Origin: Octopus vulgaris
Lineage: Eukaryota
Direction of reading: 5' to 3'
NCBI GenBank assembly: GCA_951406725.2
Contig: OX597832.1
Span: forward strand, 41,788,001 to 41,852,000
Length of the DNA: 64,000 nt
In this document: positions 38,283 through 53,133 of the stretch, in pieces
Position numbering within the stretch: the stretch's first letter is position 1
Layout of the letters: each line of letters begins with the position of its first letter
The notes under the pieces: model-generated
The model's input: only the letters and a program-made list of their open reading frames with translations
Told to the model about the DNA's origin: nothing
Database searches by the model: none
Translations under genes and position numbers: made by a program

Positions 38283-39493
38283 ATTGTATAGTATCCTTGA
38301 GTAGAAAGGCACTTCATTCCATGTTGCTCCTGTTTATTCAGCTGGAATGAATATCCCCTTAACTTAGCAGTTTGGCAAAAGAGACCGATAGATTAAGCAC
38401 CAGGCTTAACAGAATAAGTACTGGGGTCAATTTGTTTGGCTAAAATTCTTCAAGGTGGTGCTGCAGCATGGCCACAATCTAATGACCGATACAAGTAAAA
38501 GAATGAAAGTTTGCTCCCCTCCCATACCATGAAGCCTAGGCAGGCTTATACAACCAAACCAAAAATGCTGCCCCAATAAAAGCATTGCCCAGGGTAGACC
38601 ACCCTGCGTCTCTCCACCCCATCAGCTACATTTCTGTAATGAGCAGACATTATAAAACACCCACACTGCAAAAAGAGAGAGGCAAGACCACCATCAAGAT
38701 TTGAACCAGCTACCTGTCACTTCGCAGACACTATCCTTTAATCATACCAATTATACTACCTTTATGTCCTTCTTTCTCAAATTAGTTACTTAAACATATG
38801 TTTCTGCTATTTATTTTGTTTTATTAGGTTTTTCTTTTTCTTTTTTTTGTTGCTGTTTTTGTTTTTATTTTCTCTTTTGTTGCTAAAAAAAAGAGCAGAA
38901 GTGAGGGAGATGGAGGTGGTGGTGGGGGGGGAATCAAGTAGGATTTTTTTTCTTTCTTTTTTTAAATTCAATTAGAGAAACTTCCAGATGCTGTTTTTTT
39001 TTTTTTGCATAATCGTACAAATAAGAATTATTTCAAAGAGAAGGAGGGGAGACGGGGTGGGGGGTGACGGTGGACGGGAGAGAAGAAGAAGAAGGAATTA
39101 AAGATGGTTATTTTGCTTTGGAAAAAAAATAAATTTAGCAGTGAATGGATGGGAATAGCAATCAAACAGGAGGAAGACAGATGAAAGAGATGGCTGAATG
39201 GTGTAGTAGGTCGTGGGGGGGGGGGTCAATAGGATTATTGATTAGAAACCAATCTAGAATTCCAAGCAACAAAATCATTCGCAAACTGAATGTTGATGAC
39301 GATGATGATGATGATGACAACGACGATGATGATGATGATGATGGTTATGATGGTAATGAGTTCAGAATGACATCACTTTCTTTCCCATAGCCAGATGCTG
39401 ACAAATGCTAGCAATTCTCAACTCGCAGAGAAGTCCCCTAGATTCTCCCTTTCAGTCTGTCTGTTAGTCTTTTTTAACCCCTCCTTTAATACC

Positions 39494-39722
39494 TATTTCT
39501 TTACTACCCACAAGGGGCTAAACACAGAGGGGACAAACAAGGACAGACACACGGATTAAGTCGATTACATCGACCCCAGTGCGTAACTGGTACTTAATTT
39601 ATCGACCCCGAAAGGATGAAAGACAAAGTCGACCTCGGCGGAATTTGAACTCAGAATGTAACGGCAGACGAAATACTGCTAAGCATTTCGCCCCGCGTGC
39701 TAACGTTTCTGCCAGCTCGCCC
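39494..39722 (-). mobile_element. SINE family A monomer
   Basis: TSD ctttaatacc. Confidence 0.85.
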
Positions 39723-40449
39723 CTACTTTAATACCAACCTGTCAGAAGCCATCCCTAGTTCTGCAATACATAACATCTTGTTTTAAAAGATTCAAACCAT
39801 CATCATCATCATTACCATCATCATCATTGTTTAACGTCCGCTTTCCATGCTAGCATGAATTGGACAGTTCGACCGGGGTCTGGGAAGCCAGGATGCTGCA
39901 CCAGGCACCAGTCTGATCTGGCAATGTTTCTACAGCTGGATGCCCTTCCTAATGCCAACCACTCCAAGAGTGTAGTGGGTGCTTTTTACGTGCCACCGGC
40001 ACAGGTGCCAGTGGAGGCTGGCAACGGCCACGATCAGTTGATGCTTTTTACATGTCACTGGCACGGCAAATGCCACCAAAGCTTGCAAACAATTTCTACG
40101 CAATAAACAACCTTCCTATCAACCATGTTCCAAACACAAGCTTCATCATCATTATCCTTTCAACATCCACTTTTCCATGGTTTGGACAGAGTTTACTGAA
40201 GCAGATTTTCTACAGCCAGGGACCCTTTCTGCTGCCAAACCTCACCTGTTTCCAAGCAAGAAAGCAATGTAATATTTCCCATGGCCAAGGTGTCAAGTCT
40301 ACAGAATCATTGGAACACCAAGCAAAATGCTTAGCAGTATCTCATCCATCTTTATGTTCTGGGTTCAAATTTTGTCAGGGTCAACTTTGCCTTTCATTCT
40401 TTCAGGATCGATAAAGTAACAACCAGTTGAATACTGGGGGTCAATGTAT

Positions 40450-40680
40450 ATTTCTTTATTGCCCACAAGGGGCTAAACATAGAGGGGACAAACAAGGACA
40501 GACAAAGGGATTAAGTCGATTACATCAAACCCAGTGCGTAACCGGTACTTTATTTTTCAACCCCGAAAGGATGAAAGGCAAAGTCGACCTCGGCGGAATT
40601 TGAACTCAGAACGTAACAACAGACGAAATACGGCTACGCTTTTCGCCCGGCGTGCTAACGTTTCTGCCAGCTCGCCGCCT
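40450..40680 (-). mobile_element. SINE family A monomer nested in an older relative
   Basis: Consensus match; actgggg(g)gtcaatgta repeated on both sides. Confidence 0.8.
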
Positions 40681-41372
40681 TTAGTAAAATAAAGTCGATT
40701 ACATTGACTGGGGGTCAATGTAATCGACTTACCCCTCCCCCAAAATTACTGGCCTTGTGCCAAAACTTGAAACCAATGTTTCCAACGACCACACAGAATA
40801 TTGGAAATGAATGACATTTAGTTACAACAATCACGCAATGACAAGACAAAAAGCCACATGCACTCACACACATATATACACAACAGGTGTCTTTCAGTTC
40901 CCATCTACCAAGTCCACCCACAAGGCATTGGGTTGGCATGGGGCAATGACAGAAGACACTTGCCCAAAGTGCCACACAGTGGGACTGAACCTGAAACCAC
41001 GTGGTTGGGAAAGAAACATCTTAATCACACATCCATATCTGCACCAATATATTAATGAAAAACATTAAAAATATTTTTAAAAAAGCAACTGGTTATTTTA
41101 CTAAATCCTTCCAAATCTTAAAGGTTTCAAAACTGATTGTAACCTATAAGATTTAGCTAAATCAGAAATAATAATAATAATCCTTTCTACCACAGGCATA
41201 AGGCCTGAAATTTGGTGGGGAGGGGGCTAATTGATTACATAGGATGAAAGGATGAAAGGCAAATCAACCTCAAAAATAAAGGCAAATGAAATGTCACCAA
41301 GTATTTTGTCTGGTGTGCTAATGATTCTGCCAGCTCACCGCTTTCCATAACATAATAATGATTTATTCTCGT

Positions 41373-41770
41373 TAGGCGTAGGAGTGGCTGTGTGGTAAGT
41401 AGCTTGCTTACGAACTACATGGTTCCGGGTTCAGTACCACTGCGTGGCACCTTGGGCAAGTGTCTTCTACTATAGCCTCGAGCCAACCAAAGCCTCGTGA
41501 GTGTGGATTTGGTAGACGGAAACTGAAAGAAGCCCGTCATATGTATATATAAATATGTATGTATTTATGTATAAATATATGTGTGTGTGTGTTTGTGTTT
41601 GCCCCCCAATATCGATTGACAACCGATGCTGGTGTACTTTGCAGTTCGGCAAAAGGGACTGATAAAATAAGTACTAGGCTTACAAAGAATAAGTCCTGGG
41701 GTCGATGTGCTCGACTAAAGGTGGTGCTCCAGCATGGCCACAATCAAATGACTGAAACAAGTAAAAGAGT
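41373..41770 (+). mobile_element. SINE family B, full length
   Basis: Consensus match to 33387-33776. Confidence 0.85.
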
Positions 41771-44665
41771 ATTGGACTCAAAGCTAGTATTTAACTACAT
41801 GAGATAAAATGACTGAGCTAACACGAGGAATGTTACTGGTACTTGTGTTATCAGATTTGAAGATTTGGCAGCTATTTCTAGCAAATTGAGAGACTTTTTT
41901 AAATGGCGCCCTTTGTTGTCTCAATCAACTCCGGTACTTGCTTGGTGTCATTTTATTGAATGCGGAAGAACGAAAGAAAAAATTGTACAGCAATATAAAC
42001 AAATATCGGAAGACAGCTTCTCTGGCACTCTACCAATTCTGTCGACCATTCACTATGATAAATGATAGAGAGTTGTGAGCCAACAAGAGAATGTTTATCT
42101 GGTAGAAATAGCAGCCAAATCTCCCTTAGATATCATCCTACTTCTTAAACAAAGAAAAGCTCATTGGACAATGTAGTTCCTGATATAAACAAAAAAAGAT
42201 GAGATAGCCATGGATGGAATGTCTTTGATCATAGTTCAGCTTAATCAGAGAGTTATCTCTGATAACCTGGGGGTTACACAGTATCAACATAATAGGGTCA
42301 TTCTTGTGAAAAATCATTATATGCAAGTAAATTTATGTAAAAATGGTTAATTTTTGACCAGTCATCGACATTGGGACAATTCCTTCCACATCAACACAAT
42401 TTGGAAGATATAGAAAATATTTGTCTCGAAAATGTCTCATCCATTTTTGCCAAGCATGTTGCACTAGGTAAATGAGAATTGTGGCCACAGACATTGTTGT
42501 CCGGCAAACCCATTATCATTATTTGAAATTTCAAGGTCAATGTAAATAAACACCACAAGGTTTTTTTTATGCTACTTAAGAGAAATTCAGAGGAATTAGC
42601 AGTTAATATTTACAGGTGTAAAAAGGTATTTGGTGCAATGTCATGTACGTCACACTTTTTGGACAATCTTCAAAAAATTCGGCAATACATTCCAGGTAAA
42701 AATATTTCTGTTCAATACATGCCCAGTAGTTGAAAAGTGAATCGATACAATTCTTGTAAATATTCAAGATTTATGACTTAGATATTTCATAATTTATGCC
42801 TCCGACTATCAAGTACATCATGCAAGAATGGCCCAATAATGTTTTTTTCTAGCAAAGGTACAAGAACTCTAACTGGGAGAGGGAGAAGAACGCAGTTATA
42901 TCAACTTAAACTAAATCCAGCATATGACTGCTATTTAATTCCTTGAACCCACAAGAATGATCATGAAGCTGACCCCTGACTGAATTTGACCCCAAAATAT
43001 AAAAGAATGCAACACTACTACAAGCTATTTTGCCTAACATTCCACTGATTTTGCCATACACTCTGTCCCCTAATAAGAATAATTGTTTCAAACAGATGCA
43101 CAAAGCCAGAAATTTGGGGGAGAAGTTAGTTGATTAAATTAACTCTTGTACTTCACCGGAACTTTGTTATTAATTCAAGAACAGGGGTTCGCAACCATTT
43201 TTTTCACTTAGGGACCCCTTTGATTACTATTGTATTCTGGTGACCCCTCCATAGTTATTCAATGTTTAAAAACTAGTTTTATAGATACTGCATTCAAAAT
43301 TACTATTTTGTTTTTCACACATTCACTTGTGTATGCTTGCAACAGAAATCTCTGAGAGAACATGTTTCAGTGGTTGGAAACATGTCAAACTATGTAAAAC
43401 ATCAGAGAAAGAAACTTAGCTGATTCTTACAATAAATAACCATAGCACTTGACTGGTACTTTATTTTATTAAACTCCTGGGAGAATGAACAGCAAAACTA
43501 ACCACGGCAAGATTTGAAACTCAGAACAGAGTCAGAAGAAATATTAGTTTCAAATTTTTGGTACAAGGCCAGCAATTTTGAGGGAGGGGATAAAACAATT
43601 ACATCAACTCCAGTGCACAACTGGTGCTTATTTTAGCGACCATGAAAAGATGAAAAGCAAAGTCAATCTCAGTGGAATTTGAACTCAGAATGTACCAAAT
43701 GCTGCTAAGCATTTTGCCCAGTGTGCTAACAATTCAGCCAGCTCACCACCTTAAAGTCGGAAGAAATATTACGAAATATTTTGTCCAGTGGTCTAATGGC
43801 TTCACCAATTCACAATTTTCTTAATAATTTCTAACATAAGCACATGGCCAGAAATTTTTGGGGAAGGGGACAATCATTTTGACTAGTGTTTTATTTTCTT
43901 AACTACAGAAAGACGACAGGCAAAGTTGATACTGGAGAAATTTGAGTACAAAATATAAAGGGTCAGAACAAAAAACACAGAGAGACTTGTCTAATGTTCT
44001 ACCAAATGACAGCCCTCCTAATGATAATAATTAAAGATAATGGAAAGAAAACAGATGTATTTTCTTTCAATACATTCATTTATTTTTTTATTTTTTCGTA
44101 GCTTCACTGCAAGAAACCAGTTTTGCTCTGTCCCCTTCCCTCATAATTTTACCTCTTATCTCCAAACATAAAGCTACCTCTTTGAGGTTTATAATGTTGC
44201 AAGACTGCATGGTAACCTTATGAGTGCTGGTGGCATGAAAAAAGCACTCAGTAACAAGTTATAAAGTGGTTAGCATTAGAAAGGGCATGCAGCCATAGAA
44301 GCCATGCTAAAGCAGAAAGTGGAGCATGATGTAATTCTTGGGCTTATCAGATCCTGGCAATTGTCCAACCCCTGCCAGCATGAAACAAGAGCAGTAAATC
44401 ATGATGATAACATAGATTAGATGTGTATATTATTGAAGCACTGTTTCACAGTCACATGCCCTTCCTGTTGCTAAGCTTCTCTTAAGGTAAGATATTTCTT
44501 ATTCTACACATCACTGAAAGCTTGAAACCAATAGATGATTTGTTGACAAGGGAAATAATGACATCAACACTTCTAGCTCACTGGTTTTAGGAGAAACACA
44601 AGTATAAACAAAGACACACACACACACACACATGGCAGACTTCTTTCAGTTTCCATTTACCAAGT

Positions 44666-44866
44666 CAGTGCTTTTCAAACTTTTTGCTGGAGCGGAACCC
44701 CAAGGAAACATTCCACTGGCTTGGGGAACCCCTGTGCAGTAATTTAATAGTCTTATGCACACATATCTGTACAGGAGAATAAAAAATTACTGCCGATTTT
44801 AGCAGTTTTGTAACTTCTTGCGGAACCCCTGGACTGTATTGGCGGAACCCTGGTTGAAAACCACTG
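44666..44866. mobile_element. hAT MITE (same family as 13802-14023)
   Basis: CAGTGCTTTTCAA...TTGAAAACCACTG; 8-bp TSD taccaagt; inserted in a family B SINE. Confidence 0.9.
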
Positions 44867-45659
44867 TACCAAGTCCACTTGCCAATGTGCTGTGCAAATC
44901 TGAAATAACACGGTTGGGAAATAAACTTCTCAACCACCCAGCCACACTCCTGCATTCTACACATCAGCCCCCAATAATGTACATTCTACACATAACTCAT
45001 TTATACACTTTGTCCCAATAAGCAGAGCATTTAAAAAATTATAGAGTGCCAAGCATTTACATCAATTCCAAGAGCACTGTTCACATTACATTAACTAATC
45101 ATGAATCAAGATTATTGCGTAATTATCTCTTTAACCCTTTTGATATCAACCTACCTGAAACCACTTCTGGCTCTGTAGTACAAATGTCATATTTTCAAAA
45201 GTTCTGAATTAAAATCTTCCACCAAACCTCAGTCACAATTTATGCTCCTAACACCAGCTTAATGATAACTAAGTTATTTTACCAAATTCTTTGTTATATA
45301 TAAAATAAATTGAAACACAGAACATCTCAACGGAAATATGGTAACAAAAAGATTAAGACATCTACACACATATTATTAATTTTTCTTGCTATTCAATTGC
45401 AATTTATTCCTCATTTTAATGTCCACTTTTCCTTGCTGTCAGGGGTCAGACAGTTTATTGAGATGGATTCTCTACACCAGATGCCTTTCCTGTTGCCAAC
45501 CATCACCTGTTTCCAAGCAAGGCAATGTTTCCTTTATAGCCAGACATGTTTTCGCAGAATACTGGAAACGAAGGACACTGCTTGTGTGATGGTGATGTTC
45601 ATTTACAACTGTCACACAAAGTCAAGACAAGGTGGATATAAACACACGTATAGTGTGAA

Positions 45660-45930
45660 AATGCCGCTAGAAGCTAGGATCACCAAGCATAGATTGGCTT
45701 ATTTCGGTTATATTATGCGGAGAAAATCCCTGGAGAAGGACATCATGCTCGGAATGGTCAGTGGCAAGAGAGGAAGAGGCTGACCAAGAACCTGCTGGCT
45801 TGACACCATCAAGAGTGATACCAGAATAGACATAGCCAATCTGAAAGAAGCGGCTCAGGATAGAACTGACTGGAGGACACTGCTCCAACGAGTGACCGAG
45901 AGTCGACTTCGACAGAGCGGATAGAGAGAG
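45660..45930 (+). mobile_element. RTE (BovB-like) LINE 3' end
   Basis: LEARITKHRLAYFGYIMRRKSLEKDIMLGMVSGKRGRG*PRTCWLDTIKSDT...QDRTDWR...VTESRLR; flanking agtgtgaa repeat. Confidence 0.85.
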
Positions 45931-46081
45931 AGTGTGAAGGCTTTCATTTTTAGTATAACTTGGTTTAGCTCTACTTTCCATAGTATGGCATAAAAGATGT
46001 ATGGGCATATAGCAGTGTATCATCATCATCAGCGTCAGCGTCATCATCTAACATTCCATGTTCCATAGTGGCATGTGATAG

Positions 46082-46314
46082 AAGGCGGCGAGTTGGCAGA
46101 AACGTTAGCACGCCGGGCGAGATGCGTAGCCGTATTTCATCTGCCGTTACGTTCTGAGTTCAAATTCCGCCGAGGTCGACTTTGCCTTTCATCCTTTTGG
46201 GGTCGATTAAATAAGTACCAGTTACACATTGGGGTTGATGTAATCGCCTTAATCCGTTTGTCTGTCCTTGTTTGTCCCCTCTGTGTTTAGCCCCTTATGG
46301 GTAGTAAAGAAATA
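46082..46314 (+). mobile_element. SINE family A monomer
   Basis: Consensus match, ending aaagaaataggt. Confidence 0.85.
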
Positions 46315-46980
46315 GGTTTGACAGACTCTGATGTATCCAAAGACTGCATCAAGCTCCAGCATTTGCTTTGGCATGGTTTTTACAGCTGGATGCCCTTCCT
46401 AGCATCAACCACTTTACAGCGTGGGCTGGGTGCTTTTTCGGGCCACCTGCACTATTGAGGTTGCCATGCAGTTCGCAGAACTATGAGCCCTGGTGGATGG
46501 AGGTCAGTCTCATTCTTAGGAATAAAGGGGTTACTTATGAGAGAGAGGGACAAAGCAGGTTTCTGCAGAGACCTACATGGCTACTCACGTCCAGTGTTAA
46601 AAAAATAAGGGGAGGGGCAGAATGATTAGTGGTAGCTGCACAGCACAGAATGGTATTAAGGTGCCTGGGTGGCCCAAAAGGCAAACACTGAGTAGAAGTG
46701 GGTGGTTAGGTGTGAGGGTTGTTTCTAAGATTGTATGGGGAGGTGAATGAGTGGTGATGGTGGAAACAGACTGCCAAAATGGGTAGGGTTGAAGGGAAGA
46801 TGAGACAAGAACTAAGAACTGGTGATGATGAGAGCTGCAGAAGAGAGGATGGGGAGAGCAGCCAGCTGCAGAAGTAGTAAAGATGATACAGTTGCTAGTA
46901 AGCAAAGGGGAGAGGAGATGTAGTGCATGAGGGGGAGGAAGAGAGAGTCATTGTAAGGAGTGGAGAACCCAAAATATATA

Positions 46981-47397
46981 TATTTCTTTATTGCCCACAA
47001 GGGGCTAAACATAGAGGAGACAAACAAGGACAAACAAATGGATTAAGTCGATTACATCGACCCCAGTGCGTAACTGGTACTTTATTTATCGACCTCGAAA
47101 GGATGAAAGGCAAAGTTGACCTCGGCGAAATTTGAACTCAGAACGTAGCGGCAAATGAAATACCTATTTCTTTATTACCCACAAGGGGCTAAACAGAGAG
47201 AGGACAAACAAGGACAGACAAAGGGATTAAGTCAATTACATCGACTCCAGTGCGAAACTGGTACTTAATTTATCGAACCCGAAAGGATGAAAGGCAAAGT
47301 CGACCTTGGTGGAATTTGAACTCAGAACGTAACGACAGACGAAATACAGCTATGCATTTCGCCCGGCGTGCTAACGATTCTGCCAGCTCGCCGCCTT
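46981..47397 (-). mobile_element. SINE family A dimer
   Basis: Two units joined by the reverse complement of GAAATA|GGTATTTC at ~47157-47170. Confidence 0.85.
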
Positions 47398-47545
47398 AAT
47401 ATAGCACAACCAGGACTCAGGTTTGCTGAGGAAGACAAATATTATTCAGTGAATAAGATTTTAGTACATTTATGCTTGTAACACAGGCCTACATTAGCAT
47501 TCTGAATCAGGGAGGGTGGTGGGTGAGACTTTTCTTTTTTTTAAA

Positions 47546-47756
47546 TACTCTTTACTCTTTTACTTGTTTCAGTCATTTGACTGCGGCCATGCTGGAGCAC
47601 CGCCTTTAGTCGAGCAAATTGATCCCGTGACTTATTCTTTTGTAAGCCCAGTACTTATTCTATCGGTCTCTTTTGCTGAACCGCTAAGTTACGGGGACGT
47701 AAACACACCAGCATCGGTTGTCAAGCAATGCTAGGGGGACAAACACAGACACACAA

Positions 47757-47789
<33 letters not shown>

Positions 47790-47964
47790 CGACAGGCTTC
47801 TTTCAGTTTCCGTCTACCAAATCCACTCACAAGGCATTGGTCGGCCCGGGGCTATAGCAGAAGACACTTGCCCAAGGTGCCACGCAGTGGGACTGAACCC
47901 GGAACCATGTTGGTTAGCAAGCTACTTTGGTTGGTTAGCAAGCTACTTACCACACAGCCACTCC
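47546..47964 (-). mobile_element. SINE family B, full length
   Basis: Consensus match; short internal duplication tggttagcaagctactt. Confidence 0.85.
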
Positions 47965-49302
47965 TTTTTATATACCATCAAATACGGTATTTATTATTAT
48001 TATTATTTTTTTATAATCTAATATTTACAAACACCACTGCATTTCGATTTTTCCATTTCAGTTTCTCATCTTCCTTTCATTTCGCTTCTGCATACTAAAT
48101 ATGGATAGAGTGAGGCGGGAAAAAAAAAACTGCTTTCAAAGGTTTTAGTTGATAATATTGACCAGAGTAATATACACAAGTCTGATGATACTTATTTCAT
48201 TGATTTCTATTTCTCCTCCAACAGTGGTTCTCACACAGGCATAAATATGAACACAGACACAGATGCATCTACTCATGTATCCCAATTTCAATAATGGTCG
48301 AAAATCTATTTATGCATAAATATATCAATAAAATTCATACCCTTCGATTTACACAAATTCAATTTGTACAGTGGATTGACAGAAAAAGAAATCTACTATG
48401 TAAACCGAGGGACACCTCTGTTTGTATATGCATAATATATCATGAATTTAACGTCCATTTTTTCATGCTGGCATGGGTTAGAAAGTTTGGCAGGAGCTGG
48501 CAAGCCAGAAGACTGCCCCAGGCTTCACTGTCTGTTTTGGCATGGTTTCTATGGCTGGGTGCCTTTCCTAATGGCAACCATTTGATACCAACCCACGTGA
48601 AACCACCTCTGGCTCTGTAGTACAAATGTCATATTTTCAAAAGTTCTGAATTAAAATCTTCCACCGAACCTCAGTAAACAAAGTCGCTCATGTGCTTTAT
48701 ACATAGCACCAGCACTGGCGAGGTCTGCTTTGGCATGATTTTTACAGTTGGATGCCCTTCCAAACACCAAACACTTTACAGTGTGGATTGGATGCTTTTC
48801 GTGTGGCACCAGCAGGGTCACCAAGTAACTCACAAGACAAAGATCCTTCAAGAGGAGGGGTATTGGTAGAGGTGGCCTTGAGCTAGGTGAAGAGGGGTTA
48901 GAGTGTGACAGAGGGACAGAAACAGGCTAGCTGGCAGAAACATTAGCACACAGGGCAAAATGCGTAGCCGTATTTCGTCTGCCGTTACGTTCTGAGTTCA
49001 AATTCCGCCGAGGTCGACTTTGCCTTTCATCCTTTTGGGGTTGATAAATTAAGTACCAGTTACGCACTGGGGTCGATATAATCGACTTCATCCGTTTGTC
49101 TGTCCTTGTTTGTCCCCTTGTGGCCAGTCAAATGTGGTTTTCATGTGCAACCTGCACAGGAGCCAGTCCAGCGGCACTGGCAATGACCTCGCTCGAATGT
49201 TGTTTTTCACGTGCCAGTAAGGCGATGCTGGTAATGATCACACTCAAATGGTGCTTTATATACATATACAATATATATAACATACATATATACAATATAT
49301 AT

Positions 49303-49339
<37 letters not shown>

Positions 49340-50276
49340 TCCAACCCATGCTAGCATGGAAAACGGACGTTAAACGATGATGATGCATACACACACATAC
49401 ACAACAGGCTTCTTTCAGTTTCCATCTACCAAATCCATCCACAAGGCTTAGGTCAGTCTGAGACTATAGAAGACTCTCACCAAAGGTACTGGACAGTGAG
49501 ACTGAATCCAAGACCACATGGATAGACAGCAAGCAGCCCCTTATATATACACATACATATATATATATATACATATATACATGGGCCCAAGCAGAAAACA
49601 TTGGTCAATCAATCGAAGACTACAAACAGATTGCCACACAGAGCAAACCTGGAAGCACGTGGTTGCAAAGCCAACTTCTTAACCACATTACTGTGCCTGC
49701 ATACAATTGATCTAAGAAACACTAGAAAAAAAATGTATAAAACAGAGAAATAATGATCAATATCCGCTGCTATCGAATGCTAATAATCAGCCGTTAACAG
49801 TCTGTCTACATGCATCATCATCATCATCATCATCATCAGTATGATTACAATCAATAGAAGAAGAAGAAGAAGAAGGTATATGTGTATTATTACCATTTAC
49901 TTCTGTGTCCTTGTAATGTCCTATATCTGTCTCCCTTGTGTGAATAATGAAAATTATTATTATTATTATTATTAAAGATAGTGATTTGCATAATTGTTAG
50001 AGCATTGAACAAAAATACCTTGTAGTATTTGTTCTGGCTCTTTACATTCCGGTTTCAAATCCAGCCACAGTCAACTTTGTTATCGTCTTAACAGGGTCAA
50101 TAAAAGAAAGTACCAGTGACGTACTGGGTCAATCTGATTAACCCTCTACCCTCATATTTCAAGCCTTCTTTCTACCTGTGTTAGAAATTATTGATCTGAT
50201 GGTAAAAAAAATAATTGCCCTGTCGTATTCCTTCTGGCTCTTTACAATCTGAGTTCAAATTCCACTGAGGTCAACT

Positions 50277-50481
50277 TTACTCTTTTACTTGTTTCAGTCA
50301 TTTGACTGCGGCCATGCTGGAGCACCGCCTTTAATCGAGCAACTCGATCCCGGGACTTATTCTTTTGTAAGCCTAGTACTTATTCTATCGGTCTCTTTTG
50401 CCGAACCGCTAAGTAACGGGGACATAAACACACCAGCATCGGTTGTCAAGCAATGCTAGGGGGACAAACACTGACACACAA

Positions 50482-50534
<53 letters not shown>

Positions 50535-50627
50535 TACGACGAACTTCTTTCAATTTCCGTCTACCAAATCCACTCACAAGGCTTTGGTCGGCCTGGGGCT
50601 ATAGCAGAAGACACTTGCCCAAGGTGT
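50277..50627 (-). mobile_element. SINE family B, 5'-truncated
   Basis: Consensus match. Confidence 0.8.
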
Positions 50628-50685
50628 CCAGAGGCTGATAAAATAAAGCCAGTATAGGACTGGGGTCAGTGATATTGGACTAGCC

Positions 50686-50921
50686 CAGTGGTTCTCAACT
50701 GGAGTCCATATAAGATTTTGCTGTTAAAATTTATGTACAATAAATTGGTTTATGCTCCTAAAATACATGAAATATTTTTACAATTTTTTTATACAATTCT
50801 TAATAATATTTAATTAGAAAAATACAATAAGATTTTTTAAACATCCAATGGTTATGAGGATCCACCTGAGTCAAAAAGGAATCAAAGTAGTCCATAGGTA
50901 AAAAATGATAAAGAACCACTG
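50686..50921. mobile_element. hAT-type MITE
   Basis: CAGTGGTTCTC ... AAGAACCACTG; 8-bp TSD gactagcc. Confidence 0.85.
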
Positions 50922-51627
50922 GACTAGCCCCTCCCTTAACAATTACTGGACCTTGTGCCTAAATCAAAAACCATTATTTTTCAGAGAAGCAGATTAGCAG
51001 TATCAGAGGAACATTAAACAAAAAAGTATTTGTTCCAATTCTTTACATTTCCTAGGTTCAAATCTCATTGAGATCAACTATGTTGGTCATCCTTTTGAGA
51101 AGAAGTCAATGAAGTACCAGTTAACAAATTCTGACCGTGCGCCAATTTTGCAGTGGACTGACAGAATCAGTAGAGCCTCAGACAAAATGCCTGTGTTATT
51201 TCTTTCAACTCTTTACGTTCCGAGTTCAAATCTCGCTATGGTCAACTTTGCCTTTCATCCCTTTTGAGTTAATAAAATAAAATACCAAAATACCAGTTAA
51301 ATACTGGGGTGGAGGAGGGGGTTCAATGTAATGAACTAAACCTCACCCTTCAAAATTGGTGGCCTTGTGCTTAAATTAGAAACCATTATTATTATTACAC
51401 AGTTGAAGTAGAAAATAAGCAACTGAGCTGGATACTTGTGAGATTTAATTTCAATGCTCACTGCACCGAGATCAAATGACAATCTTAACCAGTGCAGAAG
51501 TCGATCAATAAACTGTTTTAATTCCCAAATTATATTTTTTCCAAATTCATTTTTCTTTCTCTAGTCATCACCATAGCCAACCTTTGAAAGTAATTTTCAC
51601 TATGGGGAAGAAGAGGTGTTAAAGGGC

Positions 51628-52018
51628 CTTTAATGTTCAGATTACTCAGTTTAATGTAATATTTATTTTTAGAATGTCAATGTAGGTTAGGTGTGAGAGG
51701 CAGGATATGGCTAGTTCAAATATAAAACATGTAGAATATATTGGGCCGAATGTGGCCGGTTTAACCCTTTAGCATTCAAACAGGCCATATCTGGCCCAAA
51801 TATTTGATCTAGTTTATGTTCAAACAGGCCAGATCCCGCCTCTCACACCTACCCTACAATGTTATTCTAAACATAGACAATCAGTTCATCAAAATCCCGA
51901 AGCTATGAGATAATGCAGAATTAATTTGAAATAATGTGGATAAATAAGCATTACAATTGATGAATTAATGTGAATGCTAAAGGGTTAACCCTTTTGATAC
52001 CAACCCGGCTGAAACAGG
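51628..52018. mobile_element. Chain of TTAA MITEs, including an inverted pair
   Basis: Shared ggtttaaccc / gggttaaccc junctions at ~51761 and ~51985. Confidence 0.7.
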
Positions 52019-52550
52019 TTAGTTTATCAGAAGAGCCTGTCCTCATAGCCTTCAAGTCTTCTGAGACTACAGGAAAAGTATAGAGACTGAATTCTAGAGG
52101 GGAAATGCTCTGCAGAGGAAGTGAGGGAAGAGTAATTAACAGCAAAGCCAGGTGTGTGTGTGGTGGGGAAAAGAGACTAGTGGGGGGAGCTGGTCCTTCA
52201 TGAAGCTAATAAAAGATCAGCCAACTGTAGTAGTGGCAGAGAAGACGTGAGGTGACAGCATGTCTGCGTGTCAGAGGTTGGAGCCTGTTATGACAGCTGT
52301 TGTTGTATTACTCCAGGTCAACTCTGTCCTAACAGGCCTACGTTCAAAGTCGTTCTAGTCATGACCATTCCGTCGTGTATATCTGACTATGTTTATCCAA
52401 TGAGTTCTTCCGTTTTTAAAGAGTCGGTTGCTATTTCTAGCAGTTCGCAGGATTAGTGTAGTGCTCCATGATTATTTCACCCCCAGGTTACATCTAATCT
52501 AACAAATCTACGATCCAAAGACGCTCCATTCATAACCATCCCATTGTGTG

Positions 52551-52581
<31 letters not shown>

Positions 52582-53133
52582 GGGGATCTTGGTCAGAGTT
52601 TCGTTGGACCATTAAATTACAGGTATAATCCATCCGATGGCCTACCATACAGTTTCTGCTTATCCAATTTCCCTCATAACGTATCGGTCGAACGAACTGA
52701 ATTGATAGAACATGAATTACCCAAGATACCGTGACGGCATGATTGCGAAGTAAACTTGTTACCTTTTTGGCCATTAAGGGTCTACACACAAGTACACATA
52801 CATAATACATAAGCAAAATGAAATTCGGTTTAGCTGGGGGTTTTTTCCCCTTAGATTGAACAACACATAAAGGCTCCTTCGTAGGCATGATGATGCTAGT
52901 GCTTTCAAATAGACGAGAAAGCAAGGGTGAAAGATCGGGGATGGAGATGTTTTAGGGAGTTTGTAAGATGCATGCCTTTCTGGGGACTCTGCTAGCAACA
53001 GTGATGATGGACGGCAAACAATTTCACATGCAATTCTAGGAGAAAATTGGGCGAGGAATTAAGGCAAAGGGGTTGTGTGATTTAGTTATGGTATTTACTG
53101 CAAGTAATTAGACAGAAGCTAAAAGCTAAAAGA

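Noticed and set aside
51571-51628. Minus frame PLTPLLPHSENYFQRLAM|gt as the missing part of exon 1
   Set aside because: Only LTP matches, there is no acceptor, the donor is weak, and it abuts a MITE end.
52508-52924. 138-aa minus ORF near the TMEM35 promoter, including a possible FVRPIRYEGNWISRNCM mini-exon
   Set aside because: No similarity to the missing NACHO segment or any family I recognise; it runs into (TA)n.
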